This document shows positions 47,950 through 56,282 of a DNA stretch of 64,000 nucleotides, piece after piece. The DNA is from an uncultured Pelagibacteraceae bacterium (GTDB taxonomy: Bacteria > Pseudomonadota > Alphaproteobacteria > Pelagibacterales > Pelagibacteraceae), in contig CACOMZ010000001.1 in the NCBI GenBank assembly GCA_902628525.1, forward strand, positions 141,186 through 205,185, given 5' to 3'. The notes beneath the pieces are model-generated. The model ran no database searches, was not told where the DNA came from, and saw only the letters and a list, made by a program, of their open reading frames with translations. Within the stretch, counting starts at the first letter, position 1, and every line of letters begins with the position of its first letter. The position numbers and the translations under genes were made by a program.

Positions 47950-48990
47950 ATGAAAAAAGACTTGATATCAAGATTAAATGAGGGTCCGATTATGTGTGCA
48001 GAAGGATATCTGTTTGCCATGGAAAGACGAGGGTATCTTTCAGCAGGACCTTTTGTTCCTGAAGTCGTACTAGAACATCCAGAAGTAGTTTCACAGTTAC
48101 ATAAAGAATTTATCCGAGCTGGCTCAGATGTAGTTCAAGCATTCACATATTATGGGCATAGGGAAAAGTTAAGAATAATTGGTAAAGAGGATATGTTAGA
48201 GCCACTTCAAAAAAATGCGCTTAAAATTGCCAAAGATGCTGCAAATGAATTTAAGGATTTGGATTTAATGGTGTGTGGAGACGTGGCCAATACAAATATT
48301 TTTGATCCCGGAGACACAGGCACCCACAAAGAATGTCAAAAAATGTATGAGGAACAAATAGCATGGGCAAAAGAAGCTGGTGTAGATTTTGTAATTGCTG
48401 AAACAATTAATTGGACAGAAGAAATGAAAATTGCACTTAAAGCAATAAAAGACTCAGGTCTGATTGCTGTATGTAATTTTGCAATACCAAGGGGAGATAG
48501 AACTCGAGAGGGACACAGTGCTGAAGATGCATGTAAGATGATGGAGGATTTAGGCGCAGATGTTGTTGGTTTAAATTGTTACAGGGGACCAGAAATGACC
48601 ATGAAGCTGTTGAAAAAAGTTAGAGAAAAAGTTTCTTGCCATGTTGCTGGCCTTCCTGTCCCTTACAGAACAACCGAAGAAGAGCCAGGTTTTTTAAATA
48701 TTACTGATAATGGCTGCAATTGCATTCCTGGGGGAAACGCATTTCCAGTTGCTCTTGATAATTTGTTTTGTAATCGATTTGAAATGGCAGAATTTGCTAA
48801 AGAGTGTGTCTCAAAAAAAATAAATTTTATAGGTATTTGCTGTGGTGCCGAAGCTCATCATGTTAGAGAGATGTCAGTTGCAATTGGAAAAAAACCAATT
48901 TCGATGAAATATATGCCAGATATGAGTAAACACTTTCATCATGGAACAGATAAATCTTTAAAAAAAGTTAATAAGGAAATTAAATATTAA
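47950..48990 (+). CDS. bhmT: Betaine--homocysteine S-methyltransferase family protein
   Basis: EGYLF..ERRGY, RAGSDVVQAFTYY, Zn ligands GLNC and GICCG. Confidence 0.88.
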   Translation: MKKDLISRLNEGPIMCAEGYLFAMERRGYLSAGPFVPEVVLEHPEVVSQLHKEFIRAGSDVVQAFTYYGHREKLRIIGKEDMLEPLQKNALKIAKDAANEFKDLDLMVCGDVANTNIFDPGDTGTHKECQKMYEEQIAWAKEAGVDFVIAETINWTEEMKIALKAIKDSGLIAVCNFAIPRGDRTREGHSAEDACKMMEDLGADVVGLNCYRGPEMTMKLLKKVREKVSCHVAGLPVPYRTTEEEPGFLNITDNGCNCIPGGNAFPVALDNLFCNRFEMAEFAKECVSKKINFIGICCGAEAHHVREMSVAIGKKPISMKYMPDMSKHFHHGTDKSLKKVNKEIKY

Positions 48991-51395
48991 TGGAAAAAAA
49001 CGCTAAAGTAGTTGTTATAGGCGGAGGTGTTGTTGGTTGTTCAATTCTATATCATCTATCAAAATTTGGTTTAAAAGATTGTATACTGCTCGAGAGAAAT
49101 GAGCTTACATCAGGTTCATCTTGGCATGCTGCTGGAAATGTTCATGTAATTTCTTCAGACCCAAATATTTCTAGAATGATGGCTTATACAATTGGTCTTT
49201 ATAAAGATATTGAAAAAGAATCGGGTCATTCAGTTGGATTTAAACCAAGTGGTGGATTTTATTTAGCATCAAATGAAGTATGGGCCGATTATCTTAAAAG
49301 AGAAAGATCAAAAGCTAGATACATGGGTTTAGATCAAGAATTTATTTCACTTGATGAAGTAAAAAAGAAACATCCTTTAATAGATCCATCTCGATACTTA
49401 TTAGCACTCTGGGATCCTATAGATGGAGAAGTTGATCCATCAGGAGTAACGTATGCTTTTGCGAAAGCTGCTAAAGTTCATGGAGGAAAATATTATACTC
49501 ATACAGTAGTTAAAGATACTAAGCAAAAAAAAGATGGAACCTGGGATGTTTTTACAGATAAAGGAAATATTAATGCCGAAATCATCATTAATGCTGGAGG
49601 ATTATGGGCTAGAGAGGTAGGACAACTAGCAGGATTACATTTACCTGTTCAGCCCATGGAACATCATTATTTAATAACAGAAGCTATCCCAGAAATAGAG
49701 GAAATGGGTGATCAAAGATTACCTATTGGAACAGATTTTGAGGGAAATATTTATTTTAGGCAGGAAGGAAAGGGTATGCTGCTTGGAACCTATGAGCCAA
49801 AATCAACGCCTTGGAAAATTGAGGGAACACCAATGAATTTTGGTCATGAATTATTAGAGCCTAAATTAGATAATATACAAGATAGGCTAGCGATTGGTTT
49901 CGAGCGTATGCCTGCTTTAGAGAGAGCTGGTATAAAAAATATTGTTAATGGACCTTTTACTTTTGGGCCAGATGGAAGTCCTTTAATTGGTCCAGTTCCT
50001 GGAATGAAAAATTATTGGGTTGCCGTAGGTGTTATGGCTGGATTTTGCCAAGGTGGTGGTGTTGGAAAATGTATTGCTGAATGGATAATTGATGGTGAAC
50101 CATCTATAGATGTATGGGCAATGGATGTCGCTAGGTTTGGGGATTATGCTTCTCCACAATATGGGACAGTTAAATCTTCTGAAAACTATGAAAGAAGATT
50201 TATAATGACTTTTCCAAATGAAACTTTACCAAAAGGAAGAAAACAAAAAACCACAGCACTTTATGATCGATTTATAAATCAAGGAGCCGTTATGGGAGAC
50301 AGCTTTGGTTTAGAAAATGTTTTATGGTTTTCAAAGGATAAAGATGATGCTTTTGAAGAACCCACAATAAAGAGATCAAGATCACATGATTACGTATCAA
50401 AAGAAGTAATTAACGTAAGAGAAAACGTAGGATTGATAGAAGTTGCTAACTTTTCAAAGCATGAATTCAAAGGACCAGATGCTAGAAAATTCTTAGATCA
50501 TATAATGGCAGGAAAACTTCCAAAACCAGGAAGAATTTCTTTATCACCAATGCTATCTTATAGAGGAAAATTGTGTGGAGATCTTACAGTCGCTTGTTTT
50601 GAAGAAAATGAATTTATAGTGTTTGGGTCCGGGGCAGCTCAAGAAATGCACAGACGTTGGTTTGAAAGCCATTTAGGTAAATTTAATTTAAATTATGCCA
50701 ATAGATCAGATGAATTCCATGGATTATCGATCGCCGGTCCAAATTCCAGAAAGGTTCTTGAAAAAATAGTCAGGGATGATGTTTCTAACGAGAAATTTAA
50801 ATTTAGAGATACAAGAAAAATGTTTGTTGGAGGTGTACCTGCAATTATAAATAGAATTTCATTTACTGGTGAACTTGGTTATGAAATATATGTAGCTCCA
50901 CATTACCAAATAAAACTATATGAAGAGTTAATTGAAGCTGGAAAAGAATTTAACATTAAACCTTTCGGCGGTAGAGCTCTCATGTCAATGAGATTAGAAA
51001 AAAATTGGGGTGCTTGGACTTTAGATTATAGACCAGACTTTACAGCGAAGGAAACAGGTTTGGATGTTTTTATAAATTGGGATAAAGACTTTATTGGTAA
51101 GGAGAGTGCTCAAAAAGAAGATAGTTCAAATAAATTAACTCCATTAGTTGTTGAAACTAATGATATTGATGTAACAAACAACGAAGCTGTAATGAACGGT
51201 GATCAAAGTATAGGCTATGTCACATCTGGTGGATTTGCTCATTATATTAATAAAAGTATGGCTTTTACTTTTATTGATCAAAAAAAAATTACAGCAGACA
51301 ATAAAATTCAAATAGAAATAAATGGAGATCTATTTAATTGCTCAATCATAAAAGAACCACTTTATGATCCAAGTGGTCAAAAAATGAGAAGCTAA
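48990..51395 (+). CDS. Dimethylglycine/sarcosine dehydrogenase family (FAD + GcvT)
   Basis: GGGVVG, SGSSWHAAG covalent-FAD His, RISFTGELGYE. Confidence 0.9.
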   Translation: MEKNAKVVVIGGGVVGCSILYHLSKFGLKDCILLERNELTSGSSWHAAGNVHVISSDPNISRMMAYTIGLYKDIEKESGHSVGFKPSGGFYLASNEVWADYLKRERSKARYMGLDQEFISLDEVKKKHPLIDPSRYLLALWDPIDGEVDPSGVTYAFAKAAKVHGGKYYTHTVVKDTKQKKDGTWDVFTDKGNINAEIIINAGGLWAREVGQLAGLHLPVQPMEHHYLITEAIPEIEEMGDQRLPIGTDFEGNIYFRQEGKGMLLGTYEPKSTPWKIEGTPMNFGHELLEPKLDNIQDRLAIGFERMPALERAGIKNIVNGPFTFGPDGSPLIGPVPGMKNYWVAVGVMAGFCQGGGVGKCIAEWIIDGEPSIDVWAMDVARFGDYASPQYGTVKSSENYERRFIMTFPNETLPKGRKQKTTALYDRFINQGAVMGDSFGLENVLWFSKDKDDAFEEPTIKRSRSHDYVSKEVINVRENVGLIEVANFSKHEFKGPDARKFLDHIMAGKLPKPGRISLSPMLSYRGKLCGDLTVACFEENEFIVFGSGAAQEMHRRWFESHLGKFNLNYANRSDEFHGLSIAGPNSRKVLEKIVRDDVSNEKFKFRDTRKMFVGGVPAIINRISFTGELGYEIYVAPHYQIKLYEELIEAGKEFNIKPFGGRALMSMRLEKNWGAWTLDYRPDFTAKETGLDVFINWDKDFIGKESAQKEDSSNKLTPLVVETNDIDVTNNEAVMNGDQSIGYVTSGGFAHYINKSMAFTFIDQKKITADNKIQIEINGDLFNCSIIKEPLYDPSGQKMRS

Positions 51396-52018
51396 TGGCT
51401 CAAAAAGACGTTGGAAATAAAATCCCAATTTACAAACTTAAAACCACAGATGAAGTTATGAAGTACTATGACGAGTGGGGTGATGAAGACAAGTACAATA
51501 AAGACATGGTTGATTGGAACTATACAGGACCAAAAGAAACTGTTGAAATATTAAATAAATATCAAAAAAACAAAGATATACTTATATTCGATGCAGGTTG
51601 TGGAACAGGTTTAGTTGGAATAGAGTTAAAGAAGTATGGATTTGAAAACTTTCATGGTGCTGACTTGTCACAAAAATTATTAGATACAATTCCTAAAAAT
51701 CTTTATCAAAAATTAGAGAAAGTTGATCTAAATAAAAAAATTCAATCTGATGAAAGTTTTTACGATGCAGTTATGTGTGTTGGCACATTTACTTTCGGGC
51801 ACGTAAAGCCTAATGCGCTTGATGAATTTGTAAGAATTACTAAACCAGGTGGCTTAATATGTTTTACTATTAACGAAGGAATTTATGAAGAGTATGGTTT
51901 TGATAAAAAAATAGAATATTTAAAAGATGATAAATGGGAAGAAGTAGAATTTTTTAAATCTGATTATATTGCAAGTAAAGATGTAAATGCTTGGTTAGGA
52001 TTATATAAAGTAAAATGA
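51395..52018 (+). CDS. Class I SAM-dependent methyltransferase
   Basis: FDAGCGTG motif I, GADLS, YDAVMCVG, RITKPGG. Confidence 0.9.
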   Translation: MAQKDVGNKIPIYKLKTTDEVMKYYDEWGDEDKYNKDMVDWNYTGPKETVEILNKYQKNKDILIFDAGCGTGLVGIELKKYGFENFHGADLSQKLLDTIPKNLYQKLEKVDLNKKIQSDESFYDAVMCVGTFTFGHVKPNALDEFVRITKPGGLICFTINEGIYEEYGFDKKIEYLKDDKWEEVEFFKSDYIASKDVNAWLGLYKVK

Positions 52019-53250
52019 GATTTAGTAGAAAAATAGCACCTGACGTTAAGACAAAACAAAATTTTATTATTAAAAAAAGATTAAGAGAAGATCAAATTAA
52101 TTTTGAAAAATTAAGATCATACCGTCTAAGTAGAGTAAGAAAAGAATTAGAAAAAAATAATTTGGAAGCTTGTATTTTGTTCGATCCTGTCAATGTTCGA
52201 TATGCATTAGATACTGTCAACATGAGTGTCTATAATATGCATAATTTAACAAGATATTGTTTTGTTCCTGTAAGTGGTCCAACAATCCTATATGAATATT
52301 TTAATTGTGAAAATTTATCTTCCCATTTAAATTTAATTGATGAAATAAGACCTGCAATTACTTGGGATTATTTTAGTAATGGTAGTCAGGCATCTAATGA
52401 ATTAAAAAAATGGATTAATGAGATCAAAGATCTTTCAAAAAGTTATTTCAAATCAAAAAAAATAGCAGTTGATGTTTTAAATGGACCAGCAGTTTCAGCA
52501 TTAAATAAAGAAGGAATTGAAGTAGTAGATGCTAAACTTATTCTAGAACAGGCAAGAGTAATTAAGTCCCCAGATGAATTAATTTGTATGAAAGCAGCAA
52601 TTGAGGTTGCTGAGATTGGTGTTTCAAAGATGAGATCTGAACTTAAGCCAGGTATGACGGAGGATGAGTTATGGTCAATTTTACATAAAACAAATATTGA
52701 AAATGGTGGTGAGTGGATTGACTGTAGAATATTGTCATCTGGGCAAAGAACTAATCCTTGGATGCAAGAAAGTAGCAATAAAGTAATTCAACAGGGAGAA
52801 ATAGTAGCTTTTGATACAGACATGGTTGGTCCTTATGGATATTGCGCAGATATTTCGAGAGCCTTTGTTGTTGGGCACAGATTTAATGATAATCAAAAAA
52901 AATTATATCATATGGCTTTAGATCAAATAAATCATAATTCCAGATTGATTAAAGACGGCGTGTCTTTTCAGGAATTTACTGAAAAATCTTGGATATTACC
53001 TGAAGATTATTATCCTAATAGATATTCAGTTATGGTTCATGGAATTGGAATGTGTGACGAATGGCCTGCAATTAGATATCCAACTGATGGTGGCGAAAGA
53101 GGAGGAACTTTCGTTAAAAATATGACGATAACTGTGGAAAGTTATATTGGAAAAGTTGGTGGTAAAGAGGGAGTTAAACTTGAACAGCAATATCTGATAG
53201 GTGAAAATGGACTTGAACTCATGTCCCATCATCCGTTAGAAGATATCTAA
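52015..53250 (+). CDS. dddP: M24 metallopeptidase-fold protein, DddP (DMSP lyase)-like
   Basis: FDPVNVRY..TVNM...HN, GGEWI..R.LSSG.RTNPW.QE, FDTD..G.YG.CADISR, HGIGMCDEWP, VES and KLE blocks match DddP as recalled. Activity unproven. Confidence 0.72.
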   Translation: MRFSRKIAPDVKTKQNFIIKKRLREDQINFEKLRSYRLSRVRKELEKNNLEACILFDPVNVRYALDTVNMSVYNMHNLTRYCFVPVSGPTILYEYFNCENLSSHLNLIDEIRPAITWDYFSNGSQASNELKKWINEIKDLSKSYFKSKKIAVDVLNGPAVSALNKEGIEVVDAKLILEQARVIKSPDELICMKAAIEVAEIGVSKMRSELKPGMTEDELWSILHKTNIENGGEWIDCRILSSGQRTNPWMQESSNKVIQQGEIVAFDTDMVGPYGYCADISRAFVVGHRFNDNQKKLYHMALDQINHNSRLIKDGVSFQEFTEKSWILPEDYYPNRYSVMVHGIGMCDEWPAIRYPTDGGERGGTFVKNMTITVESYIGKVGGKEGVKLEQQYLIGENGLELMSHHPLEDI

Positions 53251-53660
53251 TGAAAATAATTTTAGTAATGGGTTTACCTGGAGCAGGTAAGACTACATTG
53301 GCAGATGAAATGGCTCCACTTTTAAATGCAAAAAGACTTAATGCAGATGAAGTTAGAAAAGCTGCTGATGATTGGGATTTTTCAGCTGAAGGAAGAGAAC
53401 GTCAAGCAAAAAGAATGGCAGATTTTGCAATAAAAATAAAAAATGAGGGAAATTATGTAATTGCTGATTTTGTAGCACCCACTCCGGCAGCTAGAAAATT
53501 ATTTCCAGCTGATTATGTTATTTGGGTAGACACAATTAAAAAAGGAAGATTTGAAGATACTAATCAAATGTTTGTAAATCCTGAAAATTTTGATTTTAAA
53601 GTTACTACCCAAGATGCTAAAAATTGGGCTCCAAAAATTGTTGAAGAGATAAAAAAATGA
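53250..53660 (+). CDS. Small P-loop kinase, adenylyl-sulfate kinase-like
   Basis: GLPGAGKTT Walker A; NADEVR, DFS.EGRERQ..R and DFVAP parallel APS kinase motifs. Confidence 0.8.
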   Translation: MKIILVMGLPGAGKTTLADEMAPLLNAKRLNADEVRKAADDWDFSAEGRERQAKRMADFAIKIKNEGNYVIADFVAPTPAARKLFPADYVIWVDTIKKGRFEDTNQMFVNPENFDFKVTTQDAKNWAPKIVEEIKK

Positions 53661-54031
53661 CATACCAATGGGATAATAAAAAACCTACTGCGCAAATGTT
53701 AGGCAGATGGCAACCATTCCACGATGGTCACTACAAGTTATTTAAAGAAATTATAAAAAAAACTGGCCAAGTATGTATTCAAATTAGAGATGTTCAAGGT
53801 GTTGATGATAATCCCTTTGACTTTGAAACAGTAAAAAAAAATATTGAAGACAGACTTAACCCTGAATTTGAAGGACAGTTTAAAATTATGATGGTACCAA
53901 ATATCACTAATATTTGTTATGGTCGAGGTGTTGGATATAAAATAGAGGAAATAGTTTTAGATGAGGAAACTCAAAAAATTTCAGCAACAAAAATTAGAGC
54001 TAAAATGAGGGAAGAGGGTAAATTAAAATAA
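53657..54031 (+). CDS. HIGH-superfamily nucleotidyltransferase (NMNAT/cytidylyltransferase-like)
   Basis: GRWQPFHDGH and ISATKIR motifs. ATGA overlap with the kinase gene. Confidence 0.82.
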   Translation: MTYQWDNKKPTAQMLGRWQPFHDGHYKLFKEIIKKTGQVCIQIRDVQGVDDNPFDFETVKKNIEDRLNPEFEGQFKIMMVPNITNICYGRGVGYKIEEIVLDEETQKISATKIRAKMREEGKLK

Positions 54032-54034
54032 ACT

Positions 54035-54889
54035 TTGATGAACGATAGACTTAAAACTATTGTAGACTTAAAAAAATATCCAATCCATAACTTAAATTCA
54101 CCAGTTATTAAAAATTTAATAACAAAATGTAAAGAAGAACTCGAAGAACAAAGTTGTTCTACAATACCAGATTTTATTCTACCTGAGTCATTAAAAATTA
54201 TGAATTCAGAATTAGAAAATCAACTTGATGAAGTTTATATGTCAAAAGAGAGTATTAATGCATATCTCTATGCAAAAGATGATACTTCTTTACCAAAAGA
54301 TCATCCAAAAAGAAAATTTATGAATAGATATAATGGATATTTAAACTCAGATTGTTTTTCAAAAAATTCTGAAATGAAATTTCTTTATGAAACCGAAGAA
54401 CTTTTAAAATTTGTTTCTGCATGTTTAGGTGTCTCTCCTATATACAGATGGGCAGATCCATTGGCTTGTCATGCTTATAATGTTATGAAGACAGATGGAA
54501 TCCTTCCTTGGCATTTTGATAGCTGCGAATTTACCTTAAGTTTAATGATTCAAAAACCAGAGAGAGGTGGAGTTTTTGAATATTGTCCAAATATTAGAGA
54601 ACCTGGAAATGAAAATTTTGATGAGGTTAAGAAAGTTTTAAATGGCGATAGAACAAGAGTTCGACAGTTAAAACTAGAGCCTGGTGATTTGCAAATATTT
54701 AAAGGCAGATTTACAATGCATAGGGTAACTAAGGTAGAAGGTAAAAAATCCAGATATATGTGTATTCCTGCTTATGTTTTAGATCCTTATAGGGTAAATA
54801 CTCCCGAACATTCTAAAGCTATTTACGGTAAAGTTTTACCAATTCATTTAGAAAGAAATCAGGCTAGAAGTGATGGATTAACAGATTAA
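54035..54889 (+). CDS. 2-oxoglutarate/Fe(II)-dependent oxygenase (BesD/HalD-like fold, hydroxylase-type motif)
   Basis: LPWHFD (HxD), PGDLQIFKG..MHRVT distal His, and downstream Arg. Start may be ATG 54038. Confidence 0.75.
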   Translation: MMNDRLKTIVDLKKYPIHNLNSPVIKNLITKCKEELEEQSCSTIPDFILPESLKIMNSELENQLDEVYMSKESINAYLYAKDDTSLPKDHPKRKFMNRYNGYLNSDCFSKNSEMKFLYETEELLKFVSACLGVSPIYRWADPLACHAYNVMKTDGILPWHFDSCEFTLSLMIQKPERGGVFEYCPNIREPGNENFDEVKKVLNGDRTRVRQLKLEPGDLQIFKGRFTMHRVTKVEGKKSRYMCIPAYVLDPYRVNTPEHSKAIYGKVLPIHLERNQARSDGLTD

Positions 54890-55669
54890 ATGAAAAGTAA
54901 TATTAAAATTAAGAAAATTAACAATGAAATTGCAAGTATAGTTATAGATGAACCAAAAACTTACAATTCATTGTCATTTAAAAATCTTAGAGATTTGTTG
55001 AAAGTATTAAAAAAACTAGACTCTGATAAAACAATAAAAGTAATAATTATAGAAGGTGCGGGCAAAGGTTTTAGCGCAGGACATAATCTAAAAGAAGTAA
55101 GAAATTTGAAAAAAAGGGATAATTATAAAAAACTATTTAATCTTTGTTCAAAAGTAATGATCCAAATAGTTGAGGGTAGAAAACCTGTTATTGCAAAAGT
55201 TCATGGAGCTGCTTTTGCTGCAGGTTGTCAACTTGTAGCAAGTTGTGATTTAGCTTACGGTACTAAAGATGCTTTATTTGCAACACCAGGAGTTAATATA
55301 GGTTTATTTTGCAGTACACCTATGGTTGCTGTAAGTAGAAAAATTAACAGAAAACCTATGATGGAAATGTTGTTAACTGGTCAACCTATTACAGCAAACT
55401 CTGCTAAAGAAATTGGTTTAATAAATGATTATTTTTCAAACAAAAAGTTAAATAGTGAAATTTTAAAAATAGCTAAATTGATAGCATCAAAATCAAATTT
55501 AACAATAAAGATTGGCAAACAAGCTTTTTATAAACAGCTAGAGATGCCTTTAAAGAAAGCATATGCTTACACTAGCAAAATGATGACAGAAAACATGATG
55601 GCTAATGATGCACAAGAGGGAATATCTGCATTTTTAGAAAAAAGAAAACCAAAATGGCAACATAAATAA
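54890..55669 (+). CDS. Enoyl-CoA hydratase/isomerase family protein
   Basis: FSAGHNL, KPVIAKVHG.A.AAGCQLVASCD, TPGVNIG, MLLTG, EGISAFLEKR. Confidence 0.92.
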   Translation: MKSNIKIKKINNEIASIVIDEPKTYNSLSFKNLRDLLKVLKKLDSDKTIKVIIIEGAGKGFSAGHNLKEVRNLKKRDNYKKLFNLCSKVMIQIVEGRKPVIAKVHGAAFAAGCQLVASCDLAYGTKDALFATPGVNIGLFCSTPMVAVSRKINRKPMMEMLLTGQPITANSAKEIGLINDYFSNKKLNSEILKIAKLIASKSNLTIKIGKQAFYKQLEMPLKKAYAYTSKMMTENMMANDAQEGISAFLEKRKPKWQHK

Positions 55670-55869
55670 TGAAAAATAAAAAAAATATTTTAATTATCAT
55701 TTTTGTATTTGCTGCAATGATTTTTGTTCTTAACTTTAGAGATCATAATTTCAAAAGAGCGGTTGACGCATGTATTGCTGGAAGTCAAAAATTATCAGAA
55801 ACAAAAATTACTGATCTTGAACAAGCTAAAAAATTTTGTGAGGATCAAATAAGTAAAGATCAAGATTAG
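55669..55869 (+). CDS. Small membrane-anchored hypothetical protein
   Basis: N-terminal TM segment, two Cys, TAATG coupling. Confidence 0.65.
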   Translation: MKNKKNILIIIFVFAAMIFVLNFRDHNFKRAVDACIAGSQKLSETKITDLEQAKKFCEDQISKDQD

Positions 55870-55874
55870 TTTCT

Positions 55875-56282
55875 ATGTCTCAAATTAAGGAAATTCTTTC
55901 TAAATATAAAAATATTGCAATCTTAGGGGCAAGCAAAGATTTATCTAAAGCTTCGTCTGTTGTAATGAAGTTTATGAAAGAATATGGTTATAAAGTTTAT
56001 CCTGTAAATCCAGCTGCTGTAGGCCAAAAAATTTTTAATGAGCAGGTTTTCGCAAAACTTACAGATATAAAGGAAAAAGTAGATATAGTTGATGTTTTTC
56101 GACCGTCAGAGGAGGTCGAAGAAATAGCAAAAGATGCAATAAAAATTGGAGCAAATGTCCTGTGGCTCCAACTTGGCATAACTAATAAAAATGCAGAAAA
56201 ATTAGTACTCGAAAATGGAATAAGTTATATCGAGAATAAATGTACAAAAATAGAATATGAAAAATTATTTTTAAATGAATAA
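55875..56282 (+). CDS. CoA-binding protein (YccU family)
   Basis: IAILGAS, YPVNP, VDIVDVFR, WLQLG, C.KIE. Confidence 0.9.
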   Translation: MSQIKEILSKYKNIAILGASKDLSKASSVVMKFMKEYGYKVYPVNPAAVGQKIFNEQVFAKLTDIKEKVDIVDVFRPSEEVEEIAKDAIKIGANVLWLQLGITNKNAEKLVLENGISYIENKCTKIEYEKLFLNE

